A stretch of 62,662 bases of DNA, the filler included, from Choristocarpus tenellus KU-1152 (lineage: Eukaryota; Protista; Phaeophyceae), in assembly GCA_964200185.2 (NCBI GenBank). It is 9 parts of 9 records of this genome, joined end to end, with 100 filler letters (N's around TTAATTAATTAA, not from the genome) between each part and the next. Parts side by side here need not be neighbours in the genome. Positions count along the whole stretch, not along the records: positions 1 to 4,168 come from CAXNAD020015875.1; positions 4,269 to 11,336 come from CAXNAD020006756.1; positions 11,437 to 22,643 come from CAXNAD020002452.1; 6 more parts are not named here. One strand, written 5' to 3'. The notes under the pieces were generated by a model. The model was not told where the DNA came from. It saw only the letters and a program-made list of their open reading frames with translations, and ran no database searches. Every line of letters starts with the position of its first letter. Within the stretch, counting starts at the first letter, position 1. A program made the translations under genes and the position numbers. Of this stretch, positions 1 to 14,300 are shown piece after piece.

Positions 1-410
1 CCCTCCCCCCCAAATGCTCCGACTAATCGAACCTTGTGAATGATGTGTGCCCGACAATGGTGTGGTTAACAATGCCCAGAAATAAAGCCTGGAACGGATG
101 GATACTTTTTTGTTCACTCAGGTTTTTGGTTGATTAGACCTGTAATAGATTATGTGGGTGTTTTGGTTGGTTTGACTGGTTGGGCTGGATGGCCATACCC
201 GATGAATTTGAATTTGAAATTTGAATTTGAATTGTAGTTGCGATTATTGAAAGTAGTCAAGCACGTTTGCGTCTGTGTTTAAAAAAACCCAACTACTGTG
301 CTGTTTTGTACAGCACTCATTTGTCTGTCCCCCATCTTTCTTATTTTGTTTATTTATTTATTTTATTTTATGTTATGTTATGTTATGTGTCTGTACGTAT
401 GTATATCCAG

Positions 411-1201
411 ACGGCCCTGAAAGTGACCAAGAAGACGAAAAAGAAGGACGATAGTAAGGAGGACGATGAGCCCACTCCATCAGCGGGATGTTCAAACAAG
501 ACTGTGAAAGCTGACAACCTCATCAACCCGAAGACGTTCAAGCCATTGGGAAAGAAAGAGGTGTGACGGTTTCAAGTAGTTTCAAGCAGTTTCGAGGCTT
601 GTCTTCGTTTGTTGTTTTGTGTTATTGTGGGAGTTTTAATGGAATGGATGCTTGTAGTGTGAAATATGTTGGATGCAATGCTTCATGCTGTGGGATGTAA
701 TTATGGTTGTGAGTTGTCAGAGTGGTGTGTCCGTGCCAATTGGAGGTGTGAGAGATGGTATCTCTGATTTGCAGAGTTGATTGAGTTTAGATGAGTATGA
801 TTTTAATATTTATAGCGATAGTGCCTTTCAAGAGTAGAGGGTATTTGTGTAGAGCTTAATAGATTCCCAATTGTTTTCTTGTTGATGAGTGGATTGCAAA
901 TATTTAGTCCTAAACCTATAGTTTTCCAGTTCCCCTCCTATGACACCGATCACCATTCCCTTCCCCTCCCTCCTCCTTACTTCCCCAGTCATTCTGGACT
1001 ATTCCACCGAATCCAATCTCTCTTGTATATTTCGGGTGACCCCCCCTACCTTCCCCCTACCCTCCCCATTCCCTCCGCCTGGTCTCCATTCTTGCTTCTA
1101 TTTTGCTTAATGTTGCTCTTCTGTCCTACAGATTCGCAAGCTGGGCAAGATTGCTGAGAAAAAAGGCATTTCACTACCAGAGTTTGTTCAGAGCCTCACT
1201 C
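411..1201 (+). CDS. Partial gene, two internal exons of a Lys/Asp/Glu-rich protein of unknown function
   Basis: Exon 411-560 (ccag|ACG...GAG|gtgtga; TALKVTKKTKKKDDSKEDDEP...KPLGKKE) joins in phase 0 to an exon starting 1132 (ctacag|ATT; IRKLGKIAEKKGISLPEFVQSLT). The end of the second exon is approximate. Confidence 0.6.
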
Positions 1202-1239
1202 GTGCAAGTCCTGAGTGGGCCTGGTTGGGGAATTATTCA

Positions 1240-3380
1240 TGAGTGTATCAATGGAGTTGTAAACTGGGGTTGGCATTTTCCAATCTTGTCCCCAACCCAG
1301 GTTCCTCCAATATCATGTATGTGTTGATGGGTCGATGTGATTGGTCGACTCAGGACTATTTGGCGTCTTGAGTGTGGGTGTGGGTGTGGGCTAGGAAGCA
1401 GAACTGATGCCCCTTGGCTTACCACATACTTGCTGTTGTGTGACCTCGTGACCTTCGTAGCCCCCCTGCCCTGTCCTCTGCTCGCTTCTACACCAGGCGA
1501 AATATTGCCTGTGATATGTGACCTGATGCTTTGATTGCATGTCTTTAGTTGATGAATGTGTTGGGGGGGTGATTTTTGCGTCCCGGATGTGTTAAGGGGA
1601 GCACCTGTTTGTCCTCTTGCTGTTGCGTCAGCGCACCTCCCTCCTCCCCCCTCTTTTGTGCTTTTCCTGTGCTCATGTGACCGCTGGGTATTTGGCAGTT
1701 GGGTTGCTCTGCACCTCATGTAGAGTTGATGAGGCTGTGCTGTGCCTGTGTCTGTGTGTTGATTTTGTTTTGTTGAGTTTAGCCGATTGTGGTTTCTTGG
1801 CATGGCGTCAGAGGCGATTGGGGATGCTTGTTCTTCATTGTGTGGTGTGTACATGTTGCGTTAGTGAGTGTAATTCTTCTAAGGGGGGGGAGGGGGGATT
1901 GGAAATGTGCTGATCAATTGGTGGATGTATGTGCCTTTGTTCCGTCTTGATGTGTGTTTCTTTTTATTCTTATAATGTGAGTGTGTGAGTGTGTGCATGT
2001 ATTTTGATGCTTGTGTAAAGAAACAGCATTAGCAAGTTGCCAAAGTCAAATGTGAAATGCCACATGTACCAGCTTGCATGCTATTTGTTACCTATTGTGA
2101 TTGTTCACTGACATTGCATTATCTTGTTTTCAGGGCCGTCAGTGAGTTGTATGAGTGTGATTTGCCCTGGATGTGCTTGTGCATTTTGTTTCTCAAGAGT
2201 GGAGGGGGATGAGGAGGGACAAGGGAGGGGAAGAGGTATGAGGTCTGTGAATGACTCAAGTATCATGCGCTTCATCCTGTCAGGGAGTATCTGGATGCAT
2301 CCCCTTGCTGGAACAGGGATCAAATTTGCTCACTCAAGCCTTTGTCAAGAAGAGGAGTTGTTGTATGGATTGCATTGTTTGGTTAAGAAATGGATTAGGA
2401 TGACGTGTCCTCCGTGTGAGACCTGCCTGTGTGCAGACAAGGTGTTCAATTTCTCTTTTAGATAGGTAGGAAGCGTGAAGTTGATGCAGCGATTTTGGGG
2501 CATGTGAGGGATCAGGTAGGTCTTGCCTTAATTTTTTGAGCAGGTGGGATATGCACTGCTGGTACTGGGTTCTGACACCAACTGTGTGTGGTTGCCGAGT
2601 CTGCGGGGTAGGTAGAGATTGAGGAGATTTGATGTGCTATCCTTACACCAGTATTGTAAGCAGGCAGTTGTGAATTGCAAGGAGAGGTGGTGGTTACGAA
2701 GAAGGGGGGGTACTGTTGTGACTTCTGAGAGAGGGCATTGTACAAGATATGGTGACACATACGGAAGAACACAGTTGTAGGCGTATCAAGGAGGAGCAAG
2801 TGGTAGATGGGCTTTCTGTGTTGTATGGGGTTGTGAAAGTGTTGGGATGCACATGATTTGATTGACTCTCTTGCTGGTGAGAGGTATGATGGCGCAGCAA
2901 TTGGGGGGGGGTATTAACTAGTTGTGGGGAGGCTTTTTTGCTGTTTGTTGAATTGCCAGGTTCACTGGCTCCTTCAATTTTTGATGTTTTTTGGGCAGTG
3001 AAGATTATTGCTGCCCGAGAGGGGAGTAGTTGCTGATGAGGTGCAGACTCTGATGCTCAGCTCCTACACTGTTGTGTTAGGATTTGGGCTTGTTGAATCA
3101 GTGATTTTGTGCTTGCAGTCATGATTTTTGAATATTCCATCTTTGCAGGACGGTATGATTCGTTTGGTGTAACTTTTGGTTCCTGTGTACTTTCAACCTT
3201 TGAAACACGCAAAATAAGGTATGACAAGGTATTAAAAAAGGAATAAGGGGGTTGCCTAGGAGGCGTGAGCAGGAGGGTGGGGCAGGGTTCTTGGGGATCA
3301 TTGTTGGGATGGTTCAGTTTTGTTGGGCAAGAGCTCATGGCCTTTTTGTTTAGAGAGCAGAGCGGGCACACTGCGAATGG
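1240..3380 (-). other. Probable heavily decayed retroelement-derived sequence in an intron
   Basis: Strand-biased (C/A-rich on minus) broken ORFs without splice structure. Only faint RT-like words (QHIHQLK...YVVSQG). Confidence 0.25.
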
Positions 3381-4168
3381 TAAGGAGTAGGTATCAATAT
3401 TATAGTAATAATGGTTGTGGGTGGGAGAAAATGAGTCTGGTGGAGCACTGGGTCAAGCTTCTGGAAGAGAGGCATAATGCCAAATGCATGTAAGGTATTA
3501 TAGTAGTAGTACGAGGTTGGTCATGGTTCAATAAAATTAATAAAAATCTAAATGGTACTTGTTGTACTATAATGTGTAGACAGCATCGCCAGTTCTCACA
3601 CTCCCAATTATTATTTGATATTATTGTAATGGCTGTAGCACTCTTCTTACGATCCATACTTACTGTTAGAATTTTATTTATTAATCACTAGTTGTAGTAA
3701 TATCTTCATTATGTTTGGAGAGCAGAACGGAGGGACACCACTGATGGCACTATTACTACTACCACTACATTATTAATAGGAGAACGGATGGATCTGAAGG
3801 TGATATGGTGTACTTTTTCCTATAGTCATGATAGGGAGGGGGCAGGCACGCAGAAGAAAACCCTCTGAACCGCTCATATATCTATCTGCTACCACCAGTA
3901 CTGCTCTACCAACAGGGGAACTACTAAGTGTGAAGTTTTATCCAACCAAGAAGTCTGGATAGAGACCTGTTCCGATGTGCAATGATTGAAACATTTTAAG
4001 TGCATTAAACAATCAGGTCATTCAGGTAGATCCCCACAACAATATATGTTTGAGCAGTTGACAGTGTACTACTCTTATTGCATGTTTTTGTATTAAACAG
4101 CTGATCAACAAAATTGAGGATGGAGCATACTATGGAGGATGAGTTTGACCCAAAATGGTGCGCGGAAA

Positions 4169-4268
4169 NNNNNNNNNNNNNNNNNNNNNNNNNNNNNNNN
4201 NNNNNNNNNNNNTTAATTAATTAANNNNNNNNNNNNNNNNNNNNNNNNNNNNNNNNNNNNNNNNNNNN
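4169..4268. other. Artificial contig linker (44N-TTAATTAATTAA-44N), first of eight
   Basis: Identical 100-nt blocks at 4169, 11337, 22644, 26316, 29425, 37067, 44033 and 54287. TTAATTAATTAA gives stops in all six frames. Confidence 0.97.
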
Positions 4269-4825
4269 GGATTTGAAATGTCAGCAAAAAAAAAAGTTGT
4301 TTGACCGAAACGGATGCCCCCTCACAAACCACCACCCACCCCCAGATACTTTTACCCTCTAGAATTCAGTATGTTGGACAACAAATACGACAATAAGTTG
4401 AATGTAATTGTCTGTTGGATGACTGGAGAGGTTGAAAAGATCATTACCAGCAGCAAGGCTCACTACCTCACCTGGAGTTGGACAACTATCATTACCATGC
4501 TTAATACAAGTACGGAAACTAATACCTTCCTTTTTGGCTACAGTGAGCCAGACAGGTTGAAAGCTTTGACCAAATTTGAGCCTGTTGGGACTTTGTTCAG
4601 TGACGGACAAATAACTGTGAAAAATAAAAGCTGCATCGAAGAACATACAATGGTTGATGGAACGTTATTGTAGTTGTCCTAGAGACATTTTATGGGATGT
4701 ACACTATATGCTGGAAACGGTTCCCTCTTACTATGCCACCATTCTCCAAAAAATCGTTTTGACTCTTGTATGCATTATCCTATGAGAATCCAAACTGTGG
4801 TGCAATCCAGTGTATATAGCAGAAG

Positions 4826-5081
4826 GGTCAGAGCGCTTAAGAGGGTCGCATCCTTTCGGGATAATGAATTCAATGTTGCCATTTTGATGGATTTTGGCTA
4901 TCGTGTTTGTTAGCAAGTGCCAATATCCTTGCTCCGGACACACCTTTCACGGTCGTGTACATTTTAGGGTTAGGGTTAGGGTTCACACAGAAAACCGATC
5001 AAGGGCATAAAAACCCGTAGGAAGTCAAGCCCCAAACGGACAAATAGGACAAAATTCCTACCCTCTTAAAAAATTTGGGTC
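4826..5081 (+). mobile_element. MITE family B copy (about 250 bp)
   Basis: Homologous to 9494-9747, 11235-11336, 25193-25379 and 27078-27334. Degenerate TIRs ..AGAGGGT / ACCCTCT.. Confidence 0.8.
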
Positions 5082-5443
5082 AGGACCGTAGTTGTCCTCA
5101 AGATACATACCCAGCAGATTCTCGCTTGAGCTCTATACACGCATATCACAACAGCAGCAGAGTTGTGAAATGTATGCACAGCTTTGCCTTGCATAATATA
5201 CTTTTGTATCTTTTCTCCTGCTGTAAAATATGAAAATCTCACCGGGCATGATATTACCTGTGTCAACTGCTGCAAAAATTACAGCTTCTTTGAACCTGAT
5301 TAATAGATCGTAAGTACTGACAACGGAATATGCGGAAAAAAAAAATGTACATTTTCTTTGTCTGAAGGGCATGGAGTAATGGAGGTTTGACTCTTTCAAG
5401 GTAGAGCAAGTAGTGGAACAATAGATCCAGACGTCATGCACAC

Positions 5444-8400
5444 CTGTTGTGAGATATGTACTCCATCTCGGTGTGCAGACTCCAGCACCCCGTACACCTT
5501 GTCAAACAGGCGGGAACCTAATGCCCTCCCCCACTTGTCCCTGGTCCTATCAATTGGACTTGCCCTTGCCTGCGCTTGTACCCCACCATGCACACCACCC
5601 CGCCTTCTCAGGTCATCTTCTTGCCACTTCCTGTTCCCATCCTCTCCTCTAGGGAGGGTAGTGTTATTGCCACCCCCACCAGGTCCTCTTTTGCTTCTGC
5701 CAACTTTACCACCCGGTTCATAACCACCTAGAGCTCTTCTTCCCAAGGCCTGGAAACCCCCACCCTTGTCAGATCCAATCCCTCTCCCCACTGCAGGTCC
5801 AAACCTACCCTGGTCCATCCCTGTGCCTTTTGCCCAGGTAGTCTTTGCCCCTCCAGCCTCCTTAATATTGGGGGCAGACTCTTCCACATTCTGTCTGTGT
5901 CCTGCATGTCCGGAGTGCTGTTCAGTTGATGGGCACTTCTTCACCTCTCCTGAGCTCAATTCTACTTCCAAGGTTTCACTTGATGAGGAAAGCCTTGGTC
6001 TGGAGATAGTTACATCAGTCGCTGATGCAGTCACAGCTTGAAAATACAGTCGTTTGGTAGGAGTGTCAGCAATGCCCTGTGTCACTGTCAATGTGCCTGA
6101 CTCCTGACTAATGAGGCCAACGCCCACGTTCATATTACCATCAACTGCGTCAGCTCTAAATCCACCACCCTGTCCATCAGTGACTGGTGAAGGGCAGCAA
6201 GTAGAAGTATCATCCGAGTGCCAGTCATCACTGTATTCTTCTTCCTCCACTCTTCCTACTCCCCCACATACGTTGTCCCTCTTCCCTGCCCCCACCTCTT
6301 CATTTTTCGCCTCCCAGCATTCAATGCCAGACACACCAGACTCAGGGCTCCACCTGAACGCAGGATAATGGCTATCTCTTCGACTGTGTTGGCCTTCCCT
6401 CCTCTCACTCCCAATTGACGAGAACCCCCCACTGTTACCCCAAGACTCACCTTCAGGTGAAGGCATCCCAATAGTCCTTCTGATTGAGCTTACAGCCGTC
6501 CCTCGTGCCCACTGTACACCACCAGCTGTAGAAGTCTCAACCCTTCCACAGTACCCCTTCATGACCCGTGGCGTGATTCCACCTTTGCCGCAACAATCTA
6601 TCCTTTCTGTTAAGGGCGTGCAGCTATTGCCTCCAGCTTCGCCCCTCACTCCCCAGCATCTGCTGCTCTCTTGCTCCTTGGACAATTCCCCCTGGAAATT
6701 ACTCCCAATGACCCTCGATGAATTTTCACTATCTCGATCGGGGATGGAGCGGCTGTCTTTGCACCCTAACACTACTCCCTGGAAGGAATGGGGCGGTGAG
6801 AATGGTCAGCACCTCTCATCTTCAACACCAGCTACAATGCCCAGATTCTGGTCAAATTTGGCTCTATGGTCTAGGCCACAGTCATGATTGCTCTTGCCAC
6901 CACCTCCATAAATGGCTGGGAAAGAGAGCCAGTTGTTCTGCCAAGGATTCTGGATAGCACGGTTGGGTTTTTTGGGAGGTGATCAAGGGGAGGGAGACGA
7001 AGAACGCCGTTTAATGATAGCCTGACATGTATTTAGTGTGTGCATGAGTATGTGAGTGCGTGAGGGAGTAGATGATTAAGCTTGAAGGGGAATCCCCAGT
7101 ACTCATTGGAATGCACATGTACTGTGTCAGTTATCACTACTGTGGAAATACAGACTACAGTATGGCAAAAGCATGCAGTTCGGAGCAATAAATACAGGCA
7201 CCCTAGCCTACTTCCTACTCAATATGCTGCTCTCTGGTTTGAATGATGAGTTCAAGAGAAAAACACCATGCAACTAAGAAATGATCTTCCTGCCCATTCG
7301 CCTCAAAAAGTAACCAGACATCTCACTGGCTCACTGAACCCCTGGCACTTGATAACCCTATTGTCAGCCCTAGGCTAGAATTCACCTTGTCAACACACTC
7401 ATCCCTCCTCTCCCAGATTGTGCTTGTCTCATAGTCTAAGGGACTCCTCAGGCAGAGTCGCTGGTCTTGATCCAAAGGTTTGTTGTGATCCTGTTGAAGT
7501 TCATCACCAACCCATGCCCTGCTCCCACCTCGGGTGGACACACCATCACCTTGCTTGCACTGGTGGGATGTGAAGAAAGATCAGCTATGCGATATCCCAG
7601 TTGAAGGATTATCTAGGCCCAATTAGTCCTGGATTGTGGAGAGATCTATGACAAGCTTCAGCAAACCGCTCTGGGGGGAGGGGCTATTGGCTTGGGGGTT
7701 TAAAAAAATTGAAGGAGCATCTTTTCAATATTTGGGTGTAGGAACAGGATTGAAACCTCCCAGCTTCAGTACACATTCAAGCAAGCTAATGGAGAATTTT
7801 AATTTTGATGAAAATTACAATTGTTTTCCTCCTTATCACATTGCAGGGCAATTGGGTTCCCTAGTGTTGGAGCGGTCAATCCTTTGAACAGGAAAGACCA
7901 ATCACCAATAAGGAGTAGAATATCTTTTCAACACATAGACGTTGCCACAATGCCATTCACTACATACGAGTACCCCAGGGACTCCAGGGGTACTCCAGGA
8001 AGCAAGGGAGCCCAAGCCCGCAAGTTCCAATTGCAGGGTCTTTCATCCCAAATTGAACCACATGCAAATAAACAAAACGATTTTGACATTTACCAGACAC
8101 AGGTCAAACACAGTTCTTGCATTCTGTTTCTTTATCGGCTCTTCCTTCAAATTGTGGCCCTCTCAGGAAATATACCTCCTTGTACTGATACTGTTCAGGT
8201 ACAGATAACAAGTCAGTTTCAAGATGATTATATTCACAATATATTAATTCGGAATGGATAGGACTGTTAAAAATGGCGGAGTTTTTCCGGAAGGCAAGTG
8301 CTTTGCACAAGCCGTATGATTTGTCCTTCCTGTAGACATTGATCTTTGGTTTTGACTGAAAAAATAACTATTCTTTCCACTTTTCTACTTAACTCTGGTG

Positions 8401-10660
8401 ACTACTGTCCACTCAAGAAATATAATTAATGCATATTTTTCTATATTTTCAACTACAGTAGTAGTGATAATAGTAGTAGTGATGAAAATTCATCCGGACT
8501 GGTAACCACAGAACTCAAAAAAGAGCCTTCAGTACACCACATATGTTCATATAGAAATCTACTTTCCATAGCAAGCGAATGTGTGTCCGTTCAAATCTCT
8601 CCACACACAACATAGGGTGTGTACTCCTGGATCTCATTCTGAAACTATCAATTTCTCCAAGAGTACCCATAAGGAAATGAAAAGGTTCAGGACAAATGCT
8701 CTATTTCACCTGTAGTTCTCCACCATGGAATGGCGCCCGTTGCCCCAGGTTAGACCCTGGATGAATTTGAGTTGCTACAGAGACTTTTGATAGCTGTTTG
8801 CTATTGCCATGCAGGGGCTCCTCAAAGTCTATCTTAGCATTGTCACATCTTGCCCACGCCTTCTTAGACTCAGGTTGCCCCAACCCCTGACTCTTGCCCT
8901 TCCCCTGATCACCATCCCCCACCCTATGCCTCCTTCCAGGCGCCAGTCCAATTCTATTAACTTGTCCATTGTCCTCTTCAATGCAAGAGCTCATATCCCA
9001 CAATGCCTGTTGCCTAGATATTTCCCCCAGCATCATTCCCTTCCCCATGCACTCCTCTTTGCCATATATATTTCTACTTTCAGCTTCCATCTCACACCAG
9101 TCTCCGGCGGACAATCTGAGCATGGAGGGTTGGGTTAGATATGTGAGAAGTGAGGTACAGCTCCTGCTACAGCCCTTGGCTACCATGTTCCTTGCTTGGA
9201 GCCATGCATTGCATCGATCAGTGATGATCGATGAGGATTTTTCTTTCCAATTTGTTTCCCATTCATGAGTCGAGGATAAATCACATTGCACTCCAGAGTA
9301 CATGCGATAGAGTGATAAGCAGGCACAGAGCAAATGCCAACACCATTCACATGCAGAACTACAGCCTTGATGGAAAACATGTGGGAAGCTTAGGTGTGTT
9401 GGAATACCAAGTCTTAAACACTTCTTTGTGTATTCAGTAAGATTCTTACGTCCCAAAATATCTTCTTTCATTGCTAATATCATCATGCTAGCTGAGCGAA
9501 TATATCTTAGAGGGTACGAGTTTTGCCCTGTTCATCCGTTTGAGGTTTGACTTCCCACGGGTTCTTATGACATCTTAACTACTCAGAAATGTTCTGGAGT
9601 GGGTAAAATGTATACGTTATGAAAATGGGTGTCCAGAACCAAGGATATTGAGACTTTCCAACAAACACAATAGTCAAAATTACATCGAAATCGCAACATT
9701 GGATTTTGGCCCGCAAATGGACCCTACCCCCTGAGATACTTTGACTCTAGACTAATCTCCCTTTGCCCCTAATCTAGTCATGCCTGCTTCTCCTCTTGAG
9801 AGGGGTGCCTCCCATACTCTTTGGCCTCCTCCCAGTCTTGATGGAGCTTCCCCATTCCCCCCGCATACCCCCCCTCCCTCGTCCACCTGGAGAGGCAGAT
9901 GCAGGACCCTGGCGTGAGCACTCTAGTCTCCACTCCCTTCCATCCCAGAGCCAGCGCCCACCTGGTGCATCCCTGTGGGGTTCACAATGAGCCCTGGGAC
10001 GGACAGGGAAGAGGCAACGATCCACCCGCCCTAATTCTGGGATGGGAGTATCAATTCCTTCTCTTTGGGGCAGAGGCTGAGGTTGGGGGAAGGAGAGATA
10101 ACAATGGGCAAAGGGTGTATTGGATGAGAGATTGGTTGGAGCATGGTTGATAGGAATGGAGGGTATATATTTATATATACATATGAGGGAGGTGTCAAAT
10201 TCACTGCGCCTCCTATCATGGTAGAGCCCTGAAGTTGTTCCAATCGATTTTTTTTTGTCCCACTGTGCTAGTTGCAGAGACTATTGTGCTGTGACCATAT
10301 AGTGCACATGTTGGGAATTCAACCAACAAAGTCAAGATCGGCAACATGTTATCACTTCATTTTCAGTTATGACCTTGACCGACTTCTTTTGCTGCTCTTC
10401 CTTCAATCTTCGACTGGGATGAGGCTGCGGGCAAGGATCACTCTCTGCTTCTTGATGAGGCCAAACCAGTGGTGGTAGGCTTATTCTAGGGTTGAGACTG
10501 AATATTTTGAAAGGGGAGGGCATGGGGTAAGACACAAGGATTTTGGCTTGGTGAGGTGACCTTTCCTAGGCCCAATCCAAAATATATCTCAACAGAAGGA
10601 CCCTGCCTCGCTGTCAGATAGTACCCCATATCTCCCCTGGCTTCATCTTCAGGAAAATTC
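5444..10660 (-). CDS. Partial multi-exon gene for a large low-complexity protein, possibly with a NIMA/NEK-kinase-type C-terminal helix
   Basis: Large exon 6778-5444 (branch point gctgac, polypyrimidine tract, ccag; ends CAG|gtgtgc; 458-aa ORF). Exon 9115-8710 and an exon starting 7559 join in phase. Candidate exons lie near 10030-9785, 10487-10375 and 10660-10561. The motif ALGSRLFDKVYGVLESA resembles NEK C-termini (recall, weak). Confidence 0.6.
9494..9747 (-). mobile_element. MITE family B copy
   Basis: TIRs TATCTTAGAGGGTA ... TACCCCCTGAGATACTTTG; internal sequence matches the other copies in reverse orientation. Confidence 0.85.
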
Positions 10661-10876
10661 CTAGAAAAAAAAAAACAGAACGAAATGAAACACCCGAAGC
10701 AATTCTTTTCGTGAAGCAGTAGCAGTACTTGTTACACCGAGGAAAAAAAACTAAATCAAAAATGGAAAACTATATGACACAGTATCCAGAAGAATGAATG
10801 AATGGGTGGATAGACTGTTAACTCTAAGGATGGGGAGTACGTTGTGCACACAATCATTGTTGAGTAAATACTTCAA

Positions 10877-11063
10877 GGCTCGAAGTATCTGAGGGGGGGG
10901 GGGGGGGGGTCTACACCAGGGTGTCCATTTGGGTCATATCTAGGAAAGGTGCACTTACATTATCCATCCGACATATGCAACCAAATCAACCAAAAATTTC
11001 GACATGAAAAAATTGACCCCAAAATGTACAGCTGCCACCCTCCCCCCCCAGATAGTTTGAGCC
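10877..11063 (+). mobile_element. MITE family A copy (about 180 bp)
   Basis: TIRs GGCTCGAAGTATCTG(G)n ... (C)nAGATAGTTTGAGCC; homologous copies at 24295, 27692, 28755, 43953 and 54204. Confidence 0.85.
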
Positions 11064-11234
11064 TCAAATCATACAATGTGGAACGAGTACCATAAAAGCA
11101 CCTCAGTACGCATCCCATAGCATTTGGCACTACAGTACTAACCATGTTTAACCAAACAGCAAAGCCTTCACAAAGAGAGAGTAGCACCATTGATGATATA
11201 CATAGCTCCATACCCCCCAGTTCATACAAATTGA

Positions 11235-11336
11235 GATTCAAAGTATCTTAGGGTTAGGGTAGAGCCGCGTCTGTTTGGAGGTCAAAATCCAAGGGTGCGA
11301 TTTTGGTGTAATTTTGGCTATCGTGTTTGTTAGGAA
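11235..11336 (+). mobile_element. MITE family B copy truncated by linker
   Basis: CAAAGTATCTTAG...GTAGAGCCGCGTC...CAAAATCCAAGGGTGCGATTTTG matches the 27078 copy. Confidence 0.8.
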
Positions 11337-14300
11337 NNNNNNNNNNNNNNNNNNNNNNNNNNNNNNNNNNNNNNNNNNNNTTAATTAATTAANNNNNNNN
11401 NNNNNNNNNNNNNNNNNNNNNNNNNNNNNNNNNNNNGGATTGGTCACATGAAGAGAATTCCATGGTTTCATTCTAACGGAAAAGGTTCGTCAGTGATATC
11501 ATGGACTCTTGACTGGGAACCTCAATCGGTACCACTTTATAACGGTATATGACATACGGAAATAATGGTATAACAACAGGCAAAACATGCTTTCCACATC
11601 TGACACTTTACAGATGTTTCAGGGGGAAAAACAATGAAAACTAGTCACATATAAAAAAAATCCCTTAATAAAGTAACAGTTGTTAATCCGCACCATCAGT
11701 GAGCCCAAAATGACCATTACTTCCTCTGCGAAATGATGCAAGTGACATATGCACATACTACGTAATATGCTTTGTAATTATAGTATATTTCTACCTCCAT
11801 AAACATAATACTAAACTCAACATCCAGAAGCTGATGACATGTGTCCGGAATGTCTTCAGAAGGAACTGTTCTAGTTTTGTATAACATTAATGACAGAGGA
11901 ACAGACTGAGATATAACTTGTAAAGGAAGGGAGCCTCAAACGTATACCTTGGAGTAAAGGTACTATCACAGCAGAAGAAAACTATTATTTAGTCCAGATT
12001 ATATTGCTACTACTCTCTGTTGTGTTGACAAGAAGAGGTTGATTGATGAAAGAAAAAGAAAAACATTAAGCAAAAATAACAACGAAACACAAGAAAAGGA
12101 AATAGAAGAAGGAAGTTTAAGGAAAATAGTACAACATAATAACAATTAGAAGCCCACAAGACCTTCGCTCTGTGGAAAGTCTTGGGCGCCTCGGTAAGCA
12201 AGCAGAAATTTTCTGGGTGAGTTGGCTACACATGCAGTAGGGGAGAGAGGGTTGGGAGGTTATAGCAGGAAGGGGACTGTCAAATCCCACTTAAGACAGA
12301 TAGTGTCCCGACACTACACAAGTGGCTCTATTCAGACGTGTCGTGCGTTTCAAGCTGGAGACACCGGGGAGATGGGCGAAAAGGGGTCTGTCAGATTTTT
12401 GGGATGCTTCCCTAGCTCCTCGCCCAGATGTGTAGTGAAGACCTAGGTTGGAAGCATAGCAGCAGTGTACACATAACATTGTAATTATGAGCCTTTAAGG
12501 GAGCGATGTAGTAGGCTGATACTCAAGTAGGAAATAGTTTTTGGAGAGATATTTTTCACGTTTACGATAACTGTTACTTTTACAGGGGTCCTTAAGATAT
12601 TGGTTAGGTGTTTTCCCTGACACATCTGCAAAATATCAAAGAGCATAATAATATACTCGAATTGTATTTGAGTTCCATCAGATACACCAAGAGTTATGTT
12701 AGTAATATATTTCAAAACAGAAAACAAGGCTGCTGAAACAAGTACAATAAATTTACAAACTACTCCTAGACTTAATAACATGTATATATTCGAGCATAAT
12801 TTAGATTGTTGTTATTATGGTACATTATATGCATACATGTATATATGTGGTTCTATTTTAAAATGTCGTAGTGGTACAGTTACTAAAGCTGATGACAAAC
12901 CTATGCGTTACGCATCTACACAGCCATGGCAATAAGTATATCTTGGAGTGAATAGCATAACATATATAGTGTATTATATATTCGAAGTGACTACATTGTT
13001 TTATTTTGCCCACTGATATTTTACACATGTCATCATTAGGGGGACATAGGAAGCAACACTCAAGGCCGAGAACATAACAAACTTAACAACAGGGTCTATT
13101 ATGTACAGTACAATCAAGGCGTTCCGATATTGCTAGCACTAGTCAGATTTTAGTTATAGTTGGAAACAAGAAATTGCCGCCCTTCCAAAACCGTAATATA
13201 GTTAGTTGTTGAATTGATAGTATCAGAAAACAATAAAGGCATTATGATACTGTTGCATATAGTATTGTGTGCTTCAAGTAGTAAACATGTAGAATGTTCT
13301 ACCCCATGGAATTGATATCCTTTCTAATTGAGGTTACACCTCTCTGGCAAATTAAAACAGGGGTTGTGCTCCTTGTTTATGCCAATATTTTCCCTTAAAA
13401 CCTGTACCCAAGGGTGATGTGTCAACATTGATTACCATTTAACAGCAATCGGACCCTTTTCCATCAATTTAAGAGCTTGAATTGCCAGAGCATAAATATG
13501 ACATTTCAATCTATGTATTAGTAAGTCTCAATAGTCATCATATAGTGACTAGAGGCTAACTAACGCTGACCATCCCGCAGTAGAAAAAGATTATATTTTG
13601 ACATCAACTAATTGTAAATGCTGGAGGTTGTGCTATGGAACCTGGACGACTTGCGTTGATATGATGAACTCGAGGACTGACATTTTTTGAACGACAGAAG
13701 CCATCCCTAGAAACGAACCGATATTCGTAACCATCGTAAGATGCGTACCCGTCCCTTCTATCCGCAGTCAAACATTTTTGTTAAACACTACTTATGTGAT
13801 GGCTGGCCCAGAATATGCGTTGTATTTGTGTGTTTTGGCACGACCCTGGTCCTGTGATGCCTTGATTACTATTACTTTAGAATACCCTATTGGCTGCTCT
13901 GAAGGTCGAAGTTATGCACAAGTCCAATAGCAACACTTGTGCATTTAGCTCTAACATCAAATTATTAACCTATTCTGTAGTACCCCATCCTTGCCATAGG
14001 AGGTCGTCAGACTATTGTCAAACGTGTACCCCTTCCCTTCTATCTGTCGTGTAGTGCATTTTCAAAGAGCACGTTTTCATGAAAAAAAGTCTGTCGTTGA
14101 AGGCGTTTGAACCAACGAAATGTTAGTAAGGAGTTAGAAATTTGTTCAGGAGGTGGGTATTGCAACAGCATTGTTTTGTTATGAAAGGGTTTTGGTAGCC
14201 AGGTATGTCCAAGATCGTTAAAGTGAGGAACAAAGCTAAAAACAGCATTTTTTTATTAGCTTCGGTCCACTCCACGATGAACAAATAATTTTACGGAGTG

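Noticed and set aside
4213-4224. Recurrent palindrome TTAATTAATTAA as a biological motif
   Set aside because: Always centred in N blocks of identical length; it is an assembly linker.
7968-7996. 9-bp hairpin GAGTACCCC..GGGGTACTC as a terminator
   Set aside because: Eukaryotic intron, no U-tract, and such a stem could plausibly arise by chance.
12165-12445. Candidate minus-strand exons, also 15935-16028
   Set aside because: Splice-like signals exist, but frames could not be joined consistently and the peptides are unrecognised.
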